Shown here piece after piece: positions 42,452 to 62,449 of a stretch of DNA of 64,000 bases. The position numbers and the translations under genes were made by a program. The stretch lies in assembly GCF_009914755.1 (NCBI RefSeq), contig NC_060927.1, one strand, 5' to 3'. How positions within the stretch are numbered: position 1 is the first letter of the stretch; each line of letters begins with the position of its first letter. Under the pieces are notes generated by a model. That model was not told the origin of the DNA and did not search any database. It saw only the letters and a list, made by a program, of their open reading frames with translations. The DNA comes from the human T2T-CHM13v2.0 reference genome, Homo sapiens.

Positions 42452-43945
42452 TGAATATACATCACCTGCTCTTGTCCAACTTTTGGAAACTAATTTGAAG
42501 CTTCTTTATCAGGAAAGATACTATAGGAGTCATCTTACTCCAGACCACTTGTTCCCTTGTGGTCTATTAATTGTTTACAAAATATTTATTCCCTATTATC
42601 TTACTACTAAAATTATCGACCTTTTCTTGAACTTAAACATGTATTTTTTAGATGTTTGTGTATTGTTTATGCATCAACTTGTCTGTCCCTCTAGCACACT
42701 AGGGAACATTTAATGCTTACTATTGTGTACCAGGCTCTGTGCCTTCTAAGCATATTTAATTTTTGGTGGCAATATTGAAAAAATAGCTTTTGAGATATTA
42801 TTTGAAGTTTATTCTCCACCCCCTTAGTCTTTTCACAATACTGATATACAGCAATGATGTATGCAGAAACCTTTGAATTTCATAAGCACCGTTTTCAGGA
42901 GAAAATTAATATTGTTAAGAACCAACTGTCAAATATCCCCTGGAAAAATCATGGCAGAGTCAATAGTCTTGAAAACCAAAATCCTTTAGATTTTCAAAGG
43001 TTGGATTCTGTGAAAGAAAAGTCCAAAAATATTGTAATGGTGATGAGCAGCAAAAGCCTGAAAAACTTGACCCAGAAACTACAGAGCTGTAAAGAATGCA
43101 GAATTGTGTAGAAAGAATTACCTAATCAGATTAGATAAAAATCCCATTGGTGGAAAACTTCAGAGAACTAGAATAACTATGGATCATAGGCCTTCTTTTC
43201 AATACTAGAGCAATATTTCAGTATCTCTTGACTTAAGATTACCGTCAGGTAGAAGGTTAGGAGAAATGGGAAAAGGAAAATTCTGAATTGAACAAATGGT
43301 TACTCAACAGACATGGAAATTTAAGCAAGAATTGATCAATCATGAATTGTCAAGATTGCAATAGATGTCATCATTAGAAATAGAATTCATGTACAGTTAA
43401 ATTATTATAAAGCAATAAATAAACACATTTTTGCACAGTAGTTAGAATATAAATTTAACAGTTGCTAACCACAAAATGGGAATCAATTTCTGGAAGGAAA
43501 GACATCCAGGAACTATGAACTAGCAAGTCTGAATTTGTGCATACTTTTTCCAACTCTCCACTTATTCTTATAATGATAGTTTACCCTTTATTTCTAGTTA
43601 TTTTTTAACTGTCTTTTAAATACGGTTATGTCCCAGACTATTATTTACCATTGGATTTCTCACTTATGGGACCTAGCACCATGGGACAGGATCCCGATTC
43701 TAACTCACTTAGAGAACGATTGGTTGGCCTATCTTGATTGCTGCTTCTAACTAATCAACTGTGGTTGGATGGTTGGGATTGGATAAGAAAAGACATGTGA
43801 GTCATACGTTATGAATATGGAGACTAGGACCAGTTTCATCAGGTGATGAGAAATTCTAATAGAAGGAGACGATAGTTAGATGAAGACTATAAGATACAGC
43901 ATTTGCAATTTTATGATAACATTCTATTTAAGAAATTGAATCAAC

Positions 43946-44309
<364 letters not shown>

Positions 44310-44630
44310 TTATAGCAGGAACATGTATTCTTTCTCATTATGGTGAAACTTTATTAGAGGCCCTAATCTCCAAAACAAATCTTATGAACTCAATCTCTAA
44401 TGATAAGTAAGAATTTTTTCCTCAAGTTATTTAAAGTTACATTAACAATAGGATTTTAGCAATTACACACCTGACTTGATTTATTTTAATATTCAGTGAT
44501 ACCACATCACCAGTTAATTCAGGCAAAAGAAGTTTTAGTCCAATTATTTTGACTACGTAAGATAAAAATATTAATCTGGGTTTAAAATATGCGGCTGAAT
44601 CTGAGATTCCATGAGCTAACATAAATGTTA

Positions 44631-45097
<467 letters not shown>

Positions 45098-46723
45098 TTA
45101 AATGTATATTGTGGATAAAATATATATATATATGCAGTATCTTATATATTGTAAAGGTGAAGGCTTTACAATAAGAGAGAAACAAGTAAAGCTTTGGAAA
45201 TTGCATGCTTTATTAACATGTAAATAAACTTAGTAGGAAATAATGGTGATAATGATGAAGTGAATATTAATATTTTCTGTTCTTTTCCAACATACTGATT
45301 ATTTTGGTTTCTTTAAAATCTAGAACTGCAAATATGTTGGATGTCATGTCTTCAAATTTTGTGAAGATCTTACATATTAGTCTGGATCCTCATATATAAT
45401 ACCAAAAATTTTAAAAAATCAGAATCATATTTATATATGGGGTAACTGAAGGAACATTGACAAAGCAGGTGGTTAGGACTAGGGGCCTCATTTGTGAATG
45501 TTTTCTCCAATATCTATATGACTGTCCTGCAAAATCTTCAAGAAAGAGGCAATTACCTATATATCTCCACAATAAAGATAGAGCATTCAGTAGAATGAGT
45601 GATAGTAACCAGGGAGGTAAATGGGTTGTCAGACTCTGTCACCTTATCGCTGAGAATATCCCACATAAAAATGACAGGGATGATATGTGATGGCCTTAGA
45701 CTTAAATGATAGCCAAGCAAAAGATAGAAAAGGATAATCACCTCTACACAGGAAATCTGATTTATTCCTTAGTGTGGGAAGGTGAGCTGTGTTACAGATG
45801 CCCAAGGTATTGTTACAGACTCAGAATAGTAAAGATGGCACATTCATATGTTGTATCAGTGGAGGATGATAATTATTCTCTCAAAACAATGTTAATGCTA
45901 CTTTTCAAAAGGAAACTTCAGAGTGGGAAGCAAAACCGTGGCAGCTACCCATGTGCTTTGAGTTGAGGGGAGCCTGTTCTCTCAATTCAACAGACAAGTG
46001 GTTTTCTTTCGTTTTCTGTCAGGAGATGAACTCCTCGGCATGAAGGCGTTACAAATCCAGAAAAGTAAAGGGACAAAATATCCTGCCACAGAGTTAAAAT
46101 GTTGTCAGTAAAGGACAGCAATTAATCTAATAGTGTTTTTTTTTTTTTTCAATTTAGTCATGAATTAATTTGTTACAATCTTTTCTTCAAAAGGAATGAA
46201 ACCCAAATAAACACATGTAAACAGAGAAAAGTATTCAAATATGTCCTGAATATGGCACATTAATGAATACTAGTGGGAGAAGCAATGGTGTGGAATTCAT
46301 ATTTTCACGGAAAAAGGAATACATGTGTCTGTTCCATCTAGATCATCTAGGTATATAGATCCCTCTTTATTTTTATAAGACCATAAAGCTTTAGTAATAG
46401 ATTCAAAAATTAGAATTGAGGGTATTTCTACAGGAAATCTCAGCTCTGTCAGACTTTTTCAAGCATAATTTGCAAAGTAGAGTTTTGCAGGTCATCCTTT
46501 AAATGCAGTGCATCTGTATGAAGATAGGAAGTGTTCATCTTTTCCTAAACCAAGGAATTTACTCACTGTCTGCGCTTCCTCCCAATATACTGACATGTAA
46601 CATGGATTCTGAAGACAAGGCTAAAGATAAGAAAAGGGAAACATCAAAAGTTCTGAGAGTAAATTATTATTAAAACGAAGTAGTATTCATTATATAATAG
46701 CTACTTTAAAAATCACCTTAGGC

Positions 46724-47046
<323 letters not shown>

Positions 47047-47761
47047 TTAACTGTAAAATAAACATTGATTCAAATAAATCGAGGCAGGAAATAAATTGAT
47101 ACAAATTTTGCGACTCAACTCATGACAACTTCCTGCTGTGAAATATGCCAAGTATCAAAAAATGCAATAATTTGCAACATCCCAAACTAAACTATTATCC
47201 TAGAAATCCAATGTAGCTGACACAGATACAAGCTTCAACCTCTGATGGAGAGCAAGAGCTATGACTGGAAGGTTGCTCAAGGGACAATGTAATCTTACCT
47301 ACAACTTGCTTCTGACTCATAGTCTGAATGCACTAGAAAACTGCAAATTGCTTTTCAAGTTGGCTAAGCACATTTTGACCCTCAAATGCTCTCTTGATTT
47401 CTTTTAAATATTCATTTGTCACCATAATTAACATAAATGAGGCATGCCCTTTGGTAGAAGAGGAAGATTGAAGCATGATGCAACCAGCATTTAAAGATAG
47501 GAATAGATAAGTAGCTGGATCAGGAAAAGCCACAGGAGTGAGCACTGCATGGTGGCCATATTGCATCCAGGATTTTTCAATAAGGAGTCAACTAAAGACT
47601 ACAGTAAAGACTAATTTCTCCACCACACTTTATGAAAAGAAGGTGAATTACCAAGAATTTTTCCTTCAATCCAGACATCAAAACAGATTAATACCAGACA
47701 CCAGAAATTTGACTAAAGCCTATGTCCCTCTATTTAACTCTAGCTAAATATCAGAATTGTG

Positions 47762-48668
47762 TTTACTGTGGTTAAATATAAATATCATAAAATTTATTAT
47801 TTAACGTTTTTTAAATTTACATTTCAGTGGCATTAAGTACATTGTTGGGCAACAATTAAAACCACCCATCTAGAGAACTGTTTAATCTTCTCAAACTGAA
47901 GCTCCATGCCCATTAAACAATAGGTCCTCATTGTCTCTCTTCCCAGCCCTTGGCAACTTCCATTCTACTTTCTTTATCTATGAATTTGACTACTCTAGTG
48001 AGGTATGTCAAATAAGTGGAATCATAAAGTATTTTTCCTTCTTTGACTGGGTTATTTCACTTAACATAATGTCTTCAGGGTTTATCCATTTTGTAGCACA
48101 CACTGGATCGTCCTTCCCTATTTTAGGGCCAAATAATATTTCGTTGTATGAATATACCACATTTTGTTCTTCTATTCATCTGTCCATGGACACTAGGATT
48201 ACTTCTGCCTTTTGGCTATTGAAAATAATGCTGCCATGAGCATAGATGTACAAATATCTGTTGGAGTAACTGTCTTCAATCTTGGGAGAATATACCCAGA
48301 AGTGGAATTGCTGGATCAAATGCTAATTCTATGTTTAATTTTTTGAGTCACCACCATATGATTTTCCATAGGAGCTGCATCATTTTATATTCTCACCAGC
48401 AATTCAGAAGAGCTCCAATTTCTCCAATTTTTGTTGAAATTTGTTATTTTCTGTTCGACTTTTTGAATGTATGCATGCTTGTATATCATCACCATCTTAA
48501 TGTGTGTGAATTGGTATATTATTATGATTTTAATTGCATTTCCTTAATAATATTATGTTGAGCATGTTACCATGTGCTCATTGTCCATTTGTTTATCTTT
48601 GGAGAAATATCTATTCAAAACCTTTTCCCATTTTTAAATTAAGTTGTATATGTTATTGTTGAGTTGTA
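47762..48668 (-). mobile_element. L1MB-type 3' fragment
   Basis: ttcagtggcattaagtacatt, cccagcccttggcaacttccattctactttc, tatacccagaagtggaattgctggatca. Confidence 0.8.
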
Positions 48669-48963
48669 TCATTATTATTCTTTTATTTGTTACAGTAGAA
48701 GTTTTATATTCATCCTGACCTTACTGATGTCTGCACTAAATTCATACTTTTACCACTTCCTAGTCAATGTAATGATCTAATGGCATCAATAAGTGTTATT
48801 TCATTATGAAGCTAATAAAAATTATTATAAACGGCAATTGTTAGTATTAAAAATGGATGATAAATCCTACTGGATTAGAGAAAACAGAAGTAGCAGGAGG
48901 AGGAAGAGAATGAGGAGAAGACGAAGAATAGAATTGAATAAGAATAGGTATATAGAGCGAGAA

Positions 48964-49123
48964 TGGAAAGTTTCTAACACAACGAAATGATAAATGTTTG
49001 AGATAATGTATACCTCGGTTACTCTGATGTGATTATCACACATTGTATGCCTGCATCAAAACATCACATACGCATCATAAATATGTACTTTTACTATGAA
49101 CCCATAAAAATGTAAAATAAAAA
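48964..49123 (+). mobile_element. L1MA-type 3' end
   Basis: gaaatgataaatgtttgag...ttactctgatgtgattatcacacattgtatgcctgcatcaaaacatcaca, then an A-rich tail. Confidence 0.7.
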
Positions 49124-49717
49124 TACTTTAAAGAGACTAGGTATAAATCCCATGAAATATTAAGAAAAGGTAAAATGACATAAAACCAAATATTTAAGTG
49201 ATTTTGGTAAATAAAAATAAATAGAAATTTCTGCAGGCAGTAACCATTTTCTTCCAATCATTGTGTGTTTAATAGTTTCCAATTTAATAATAATGCAATA
49301 TATTAGTAATCATTAGAGATATAGGTTGGTAACATAGGATAAAATCAGAGGTAACAGATCCATGACAATTTCCTTTGCTTTTAGAATTCCTAAGAAAGGC
49401 CAAGGGTGTGAAGTTGTTAGGGACACTGTGCAAGATACACAGAGTTTAGACACATCCGGAAATCTCAATTCTTTCAATACCTCTTGGTACTGAAACGATG
49501 ATCCTAGCATAACTTATTCTAAACATCTAAGTGTTTCCTTTTAAGGGAATCTATAAATATCATCCTGTCCTGTTAAATATTGTCCTGTCCTGTTTCTTAA
49601 AAGAATTTCAGTCATAGCAAGGTCACATTATCATCCTAGAGGAAGGACCAGAATCTGCGTCTGGTTGGTCTTGAAAAATACCTGGCTTCTCAGAGTTCCC
49701 TAACTCTTCCCTAGTTC

Positions 49718-49948
49718 CCTGCCCTGCCCTGTGCTGCCCTGCCCTGCCCCTCCCCTGCTCTTCCCTCCTTTCCCTTCCTTCCCCTCCCTCCTCTCTGTCT
49801 CTTTCTCTCTTTCTCTCCTTCTCTCCTCTATCTCTTTCTTTCTCTCTTTCTCTCTTTCTTTTCTTTCTTTCTTCCTTTGTTTCTTTTTCTCCCTTTCTTT
49901 TTTTCTCCCCTTCTTTCTTTGTTTCTTTCCTTCTCTCTTTCTTTTTTT
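49718..49948. repeat. (CCCTG)n plus CT-rich tract (expanded Alu tail)
   Basis: Directly visible; abuts the AluJ 3' end. Confidence 0.85.
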
Positions 49949-50230
49949 GCGACAAAGTCTCACTTTGTCACCCAGGCTGGAGTACAGTAGTGCAATCATA
50001 GCTCATTACAGCCTCAAACTCCGTGGCTCAAGGGATCCTCATCCTTCAGCCTCCTGAGCTGCTAAGACTGCAGGTACCTGCCATCACATCTGGCTACTTT
50101 TTAAAATTTTTTTGTAGAGACAAGTAATTCCTATGTTGCCTATGTTGCCTAAGTTGGTCTCAAACTCCTGGGCTCAAGTTATCCTCATGCCTCAATCTCC
50201 CAAAGCACTGGGAATACAGGCATGGCCCAC
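49949..50230 (-). mobile_element. AluJ
   Basis: catagctcattacagcctcaaactcc, ctcctgggctcaag; highly diverged. Confidence 0.85.
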
Positions 50231-51095
50231 TCATTTCTCTATATCCTCATATCAAAGGACAAAGGTTTTAAAGTAGGTATCAAACAAAATAGACAAAAGC
50301 ATTACACTATCAAAACATACACCTGAGTCAAAGAGGCATAGGAAGATTTTAAAAGTCAAAAGCCAAGTAAATAAAAGCAGAAGACAGTAAAATATGAAAT
50401 AGTAATTCTAGAAAAATTTAAAACAAAAGTTGTTGCATAGCCCAAAAATAATTTTTATATATTGAAAATATAAAGTTCATAAACGTGTAAGTTATGAAGA
50501 TTTAGTAGTGAATACCATTAACAAACTAACAAAAAATAATTATAAGAAATGAAAGAGGAAACAGAGAAACATCATTGTAGAACATGATCTTCCTATACTT
50601 TTTAATTCTTTGACCCAAAAGCAGAAACAAAGATGTTGAAAAACAGGATAATATAATGTAAAAACTAACAAAGAATAATCAAGCATCAATGTAATATTTA
50701 GAAACACTCATAATGTATGTGTACTGTAAAGTGAAAAATTGTTATTTTCCCAATTAGAATTGTGTATATAAATTTCTGACCACGATCCAACAATTTTAGA
50801 AATAAATAATGAATTTTTAAACAAAATAAATGAGCACTTAAAGAAATATTAAGGTATTTTGGGTAAGAAATAGAAAACAATTGTAAAGTTAATGTGGAAA
50901 AATAGTTAAAAATAATCAAATTTGAAAATATGAAGTTACATGCTTTTCTACATAATAAATATGTGATAAAGATGGACTAATTTGAAAAGTGAATTCCTGT
51001 AAGAAAATATCCATTACACAGACAAAAAGCTCCAGAAAAGGACTTTAGAAGGGACTTATATGTATAATAAAATTGAGAATTTAAACCACTCATGA

Positions 51096-51419
<324 letters not shown>

Positions 51420-54032
51420 AACATATGGTTTTTTAATAAATGTACTGGGGTACATTTTAAGGTATTTGGATAAAAATAAAGCAAAACCCCTAACAATACT
51501 ATACACAAAAAGCAATAAAATTCAACTTTTAAATAGAAAGAAGGTGGGGAGAAAGAAAGGAAGAATAAAAGGAGGAAAAACTCAGAGCAATTATTTAACA
51601 CGAATTTGGGAACTGATTGTCTAGTAGCTGTATGGGTGTTCTTTTTATATTACTAAACATACATTTTCCCCAAAATAACTATATATTTCTTTTTAATATT
51701 TATGTAATAGCCTAAATGTATTAAGTGGTATATGTGTTCTTTTTGTATAATTAAACATACATTTCCCAAAAATATTTCTGTATTTCTTTTTATTTTTGTA
51801 TATCTAAATACAATGAGCATCCACTTTCATAGCAGAAAGACATACCACTTGATTTTTGCAAAGTAGTGTATTAGCAAGTAGGCCCCAGATGCATGCCAGC
51901 TGTGTACTCTCTCTAGATCCCATGTCTTCTAGGAGAAGAAGGTTTTTACTGACCCTGACTTACAAAGAGAGAGTAAGTTGCGCTTAGGACAAGAAGCCAG
52001 GAAGAGCTTGCTTGGAGGTGGGGAAGCAAGAGAAAGCATAAGAGGTTATCTCTATATTATCTAAAGAAGGACTTTGTACTTTGACAAAACATCTTTGTTA
52101 GGAAGCAAAAGTTTTCAAGTTGTAATAAAACACAATTATTTTAATCTCATCTTTTAATTCTAATAGTGAAGATAAGTCTGCTAAATGTTTGTTGAGTGAG
52201 CTACATTCATGTTTAATTTGCTGTTCGTGATTTGGAGTTTTTGTTTAGCTGTAGATTACTAGAGAACGTCTAATTGAAGAGTAAATATAATGCAAAAGCA
52301 CAAAAAAAGGGGCATAGAAGCTTGAAAAGTATTTGCTAAGTACATTTTTACATGTTTTAATATTACATGCCCAAATATTACATGCCTCAAATTAAAATGC
52401 AAATAGCAAATTAGAAATAAATATTTGAAGCCTGTATGAACAAAGGTGTTCTATCTTTAATAAAATGATCTTATGTATCAGTAAAGAAGGGAAAATTCTC
52501 TGATGGAAATAAAGGCAAAATATTTTTAACACATGGCAACAGAAGAAATACCAAAATCTAGGAGACCTACTTAAGTTTTATGCTCCCTTTGAATTAAGAA
52601 ATGAAAACAATTCATGTAGCAGAAGAAGGCATGATAAACCTGTTTTTCCTAAACTATGAGTTACTTTATATCGGCATAAAAATTATAGACAGCAATTTGA
52701 CACTATTTATAAAGAAGCTTAGAAATATCCTTGGCTTTCAGCTTGAAATTTTATTTCAATGGCTGTCTCCTAGGGAAGTAATCAAACATCATTTGCAAGA
52801 ATATTTGTGGAAAGATTATTTTCAATAGCCAAAACACACACGTGCGCATACATGCACATACACACGAGCACACAAAGCTGAAATTCCACAAGAGATATCT
52901 GTTGATTAAATTATTGCACAAAGAATATTTGTTGATGATGGCACTAAATTAAATTCTAGCACTAATTTGAGGCCAATTGATATGCTTTCAAAAACATAAC
53001 AAAATTGTGATAAAATGCTAAATGAACTTCTAGGATAAAAAACATACAGCATAGTCTTGATATTTTTGAAAAAATATTTCTCAAATCATTAGGTAACAGT
53101 TTACAGAGATCTCCACCTGTGTGATCTCTCTCTGTCTCTTGTCTCTCTCTCATTTACCTCTCTCTCTCACACATATACACACACATTTCTCTCTCTCTTT
53201 CATTTATTCCCCCAACATTTCAAAGATATTCAGTGTCTACTATTTAGTAAGTATTTTAATACATGTCAGGCTGATAATGGGAAATAGTGGCCAGACTGAA
53301 GAATATATCATAAGGTCAGAAACTTTTCTTTGAATAGATTTAAAGTGGAGACTTTAAGGAATAAGGAAACAAAACCAAAACTCTTATTTCAGGAAATATA
53401 GCTGTAGATGACGACTGTAGGTGACCTATGTAGGTGAATGCTAAAAGTGCGCCGATGGTGGAAATGGGGGAAAAATGTCAAGTGAAAGAAACAAGAAAAG
53501 AGGGAGAGGAAACGCTCCCTTTTTTAATTTTTAGAACTTACATAGTACTTGTCATGCTTAGCATTTTACTTTTGCACTTTCTTTTCATCTTCTTGTTACT
53601 GAGAGCTGAGGCTTGAAGCTAGGATTTAATCTTGGTTCTGTGAGACTGCAAAAAGTGTGGGAATTCTGGGTGTGATATTTTTCTATATTGCTTCTTAAGT
53701 TAAATTGCACCCTAGTCATTATGTTAGAAAAATGTTCTTGAATAACTTGTTTATACTGAGGATGAATTATAATAAAGATAATTTAAAATTTGTTAACTAC
53801 TTAGGAAAATATTCTGTATGTGCTTTAAAATGATAATTCAATCAAGTATAAGCAAGCATATCCTAAGCATAGATATTCCTAGGTATCTACATGTGGAAAA
53901 GATTTAACATTCAACCAATATAATGTACGTTTTATAGAAACAGAAACTGTCTCACAGAGAGGGAAGAAGAATTTTAATCCCGTTTCAGTTTCCACCAGTA
54001 ATACTAGCCCTTTCATTTATTTTTTAATGTGC

Positions 54033-54418
54033 TGTCTTGTTCATTTTGTTTTGCTATCACAGCATACCACAGAGTAGGTAATTCATAAACAAAAGAAATG
54101 TATTTGGCTCACAGTTCTGGAGGCTTGGAAGTCTAAGAGCAGGGTGCTGGCATTTGGCATTTCTGCATCATGCCATGGCAGAAGGTGGAAGAACAAGAGA
54201 GTGAGAGAGAACAAGAGTAAGCAAGAGGGGGCCAAACTCACTTTTATAACAAACCCACTCACCAGACAACTAACCCACTCCTGAAATAATATTAATTGAT
54301 TCCAGAAGGCAGAACCCTCATGACTCAGTCACTTGTTAAGACCCACCTCCCAACACTGTTGCACTAGGGACTAAGTTTCTCGCACATGAACTTTGGGGGA
54401 CACATTCAAACCATAGCA
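54033..54418 (-). mobile_element. MLT1A/MST-type MaLR solo LTR
   Basis: tgtctt...tatttggctcacagttctggaggc...catgaactttgggggacacattcaaaccatagca. Confidence 0.8.
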
Positions 54419-54656
54419 AATGCAAAAGCAGCAATTCTCCACACTTTAAAACTGATCATTAATATTTTAATAGGCATAAACAATATAATTTTTGCATAAT
54501 TAAATCTTCTTAAATGTTATTTTCTAAATTTTCTGGCAGATAAGATTTCTGTTTTATTTGTATATTTTACTATTCAATTAACAATCTGTCTGGGATAAAA
54601 TGTATAAGCTGCGTTTGGACAATTTGCAGTGTTTTGCCAATTTGCATAGATACTAA

Positions 54657-58390
<3,734 letters not shown>

Positions 58391-58415
58391 AAATATTCAA
58401 ATAAAAGTGAGGTAG

Positions 58416-58779
58416 TGACACGGTTTGGCTCTGTGTCCCCACACAAATCTCATCTCGAATTGTAATCCCTAGGTTTTAAGGGTGGGACCAAGTGGCAGGT
58501 GATTGGATTATGGTGGCAGTTTCCTCCATGCTCTTCTTGTGATAGTGAGTGAGTTCTCATGAGATCTGATGGTTTTTAAGTGTTTGGTAGTTCCACTCTT
58601 GCTGTCTCTCTCTCCTGCTGCTTTGTGAAGAAGGCGCCTGCTTCCCCTTTCATCATAATTGTAAGTTTCCTGAGGTCCCCCCAGTCATGCAGAACTGTGA
58701 GTCAATTAAATCTTTTTCCTTTATAAATTACCCAGCCTCATGGAAGTTCTTTATAGCAGTGTGAAAAAGAACTGATACA
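58416..58779 (+). mobile_element. THE1C/D-type MaLR solo LTR
   Basis: tgacacggtttggctctgtgtcccc...gaactgataca with a perfect 5-bp TSD GGTAG (58411-58415 and 58780-58784). Confidence 0.9.
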
Positions 58780-60448
58780 GGTAGGTAATATGCCATGTGT
58801 AGTGTATTCATTAAAGAATTCAACTGGAAAATAATATTTTCTCCTATATAATTACCTGATAAAAAGTTAGGGAACAGACAGGAACTGAATAGCAAAAGAC
58901 AGTGTAAATATGTTTCTAAATGTAAAATTTGTAGGCCATTCTTATCTTAAAAATATACATTTAAAATATATATTATGTAGAAATTATGTAAGTAGGGCAC
59001 TGAATCGCAAAATATTAAGTCATATGAATTTTTCTATTGACAATGCTGGGTAAATATCTTCACCGTACTTATACAGAAAACATATTTCAAACTCACTTGT
59101 ATTAACTGTTACCAAATAAACAGTTTTGCATTTATTGATTTTTATATATCAGTTATTTATCAATATTCTGTAAAATTTCCTGAGCTATATATTTGTAACT
59201 AAAGTGTAAAACCTGACGTTAGGTTTGTATTGCTTAATGACCCATGTTTACATTATTTTGAACTTAAAAGAAATGTAAGGGAATAACTTACTTGTTAGTT
59301 CACCTGGAAATATTCAAATGCCTATACATTATTATCCCAGTTGCTTATTTGCCCAAAAACCTATTCAAAGAAAAATTAATGCCCATCTTAGTACAAAGAT
59401 AACAGTGACTGCTCTGAGGCTCCTTCGTTTTAGAGAGCAGTGATTTTCAAGACATCAGCCTCTTTATTGAGAATCATAGTAATATAATGAAAGATGTTAA
59501 AGACAGAACTATATTCTCATAAGAGAACAATATTTTTTAATTACTTATTTTCCTGGAACAACATAGACTGCTTGTCGTAGCTTCTCAACTTGGCCCTAGA
59601 CTTAAACTTATACTGTAATTCAGACTTACAAGGTGGAAAGAGCCAGGCATTACAGACGTGACCTGCCATATTTTAAGTGTGGAAAAGCCGTATGCACAAA
59701 AGACTGTGTTGGAACAATCCTAATTGCCAAGATCACAAGGAAAGTCATAGGAGTAGACATATTCTGGACTATACCATTAATGCCTAGGAATTATGGAAAG
59801 ATCTTTTCTATTTAGAGAGGAAAATATTATTATTTTAAAAAAGAATAACTCTCTATATACAGCTCATGTTCATCACAAACAGGTTCCTACCTTTTTTCTT
59901 TTTTTTATATTTTTTTTCTTCTAATTTCTCAAATTCTTTTTCCTTCATGGCATTTTTTCTTCCTATGAAAGTCCTGAGGCAAAAATATCTTTAGCTGTTA
60001 CCTAGGGAGGAATCAGCTGATGGAACCTTTTGCTTTGCTGCTTCACTAACCTTCATCCACTATAAGCATCTGGTAAGTCTACATTAATACTTCTTGTGGC
60101 TTAAGAGAAGCAGGTGTGTGTCTATTAATCGATTAGGAAAGATCACATCTGGCATTTACTCCTTGTCAAATTATTTTGTAGCTTCTGATCTCCCTAAATG
60201 AGAAGTATAGAAAGCAATATTTTGCTCCACAAATAATGTGGGATAGTATCCATTCACTGGACACTGTAATCTTTGCAATTGTAGGAAAAATAGTTCAGAG
60301 AATGTAGAATTAAAAAATAATAAAAACAGAATAACATTAAAATGCAAGACCAAGATGGAGGGCTGCTGTGCAATTGTTCCCTGAGGGAATTATGCTTAGT
60401 GCTCTTAGATCTGGATTATATTTTTTACTGCTGAGTCCCTTTAAATAG

Positions 60449-60824
60449 CAGCATAGTCCATTCTTATGCTGCTATGAAGAAATACCTGAGACTGGGTAAT
60501 TTATAAAGGAAAGAGTTTTAATTGACTCACAGTTCAGCATGACTAGGGAGGCCTCAAGAAACTTACAATCATTGTGGAAGGGGAAGCAAACACGTCCTTC
60601 TTCACATGGCAGCAGCAAGGAGAAGTGCAGATCCAAGCAGGGGAAAAGTCCTTTATAGAACCATCAGATCTTGTGATAGCACACTCACTGTCACTACAAT
60701 AGCATGGAGGTACCTGCCCCCATGATTCAATTACCTCCCACTGGGTCCATCCCACAACACATGGGGATTATAAGAACTACAATTCAAGATAAGATTTGGG
60801 GGGGAACATAGCCCAACTATATCA
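60449..60824 (-). mobile_element. THE1C-like MaLR solo LTR
   Basis: THE1 core sequence ending actatatca, with TSD AATAG (60444-60448 and 60825-60829). Confidence 0.88.
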
Positions 60825-61059
60825 AATAGCAAATAAGAAATTATGCCTTATGGCATGATTAAAAAAAAATTCTATAAGAACATCAGCAGCCAACCAAGAC
60901 CCCACAGGTCTTTTTAAAGAAATGGCTTGAGTGATCTCAGAGAAAGAAAAAACCACCAAAATGATAATTACATTGTGAGTATATAATCTTGGGAGTCTTG
61001 GATACATTTTTTTTTCTTAAAAAGGCTAATAAGAAAAGTTGAAAATACAGTTGTATTTA

Positions 61060-61195
61060 CTGAAGCTATCGAGCAACCTCAATCCAACGCCCTCATTTGA
61101 TACCTGAGCAAACAGTGGCACAGTGTAGGTAAATTGCTAACAGAGATCATATTATGAGCTGTTGGAAGCAAAGTTAAGACTAGATGGCAACCTAT
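61060..61195 (-). mobile_element. MIR remnant
   Basis: aatccaacgccctcatttgatacctgagcaaacagtggcacag...gatcatatt. Confidence 0.45.
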
Positions 61196-62128
61196 GTAAT
61201 TCACCAACTCTAGTGATGTTAGGTGTTTCAAGGAAGTAATTTTTAATATATTACTATCATTCTAGTTTGCTTTAAAAAGAGACTCCTATGAAGATCCTAT
61301 ATGTTATCAGAGTATGTTAGAATTGTCTTATATAATCAGTGGCAAAACAGTAGCCCAAAAGTAAGTCCTAACCCAAGTGACATTTAGGACCCCTGGCTCT
61401 GACTGATTTTATGAGCTATACTGCATAGCAAGAGACATAGAACTGGGGAAAACATGAAAGCAAAGGCAGAATAGAGGAGGGGAAAATGGCTTTATTTTCA
61501 TTATGTTCTAGCTTTTGCAAATGGAAGCAAAATATCAAAAGCAGTGCCGGAGACTCTCTCTTTAAATAATGCTCAAATGTTTTCAGAACAGAAGACCAAG
61601 ACCACCTAACGTAATCCATGAATGTGTAAAAACTGAAGCACTGCTGTCTGTGCACAAGAAATGCCATGCAGTATTTTCTGGTCTGTGAATCCCAAGTGGC
61701 TTTAGGATACCCACCCAGAAGGGATCTAAGATGGTGTGATAGGTAGTCTTTAAAATAACACTTAAATTGTAATACATGTAATCAACCTTTAAACCCTTCT
61801 CCTCTGTTGGGTCGAAATCATATCTACCTTTCCTCTTTTCTCATGCAACTCTCAAGGCTATATTCTGACTGCTCAAAGACGGCAACCATTATTTTGAGCT
61901 GATTTCATCTCTTATGAGTAGTAGGTACGGGGAACACAAACGATGTGTTGAGACTAGCATGGCTTGGAGGCAGATTGATGAAAAGTATAGGAAAGTGAAA
62001 TGTAGTTTAAGGATTGAGGGAGTGAATATAATGGTTTCAGGTATATAATAGAATCAAAATAAGTACTTAGCTCTTCTTTGAGTTTATCTAGAAAACTGAC
62101 AAAGACATTGTTAAAAATATTAATTAGA

Positions 62129-62437
<309 letters not shown>

Positions 62438-62449
62438 TTAAGTACAAAA

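Noticed and set aside
50230-51090. A-rich stretch resembling very old L1 ORF2
   Set aside because: Too degenerate to assign a family or boundaries by eye.
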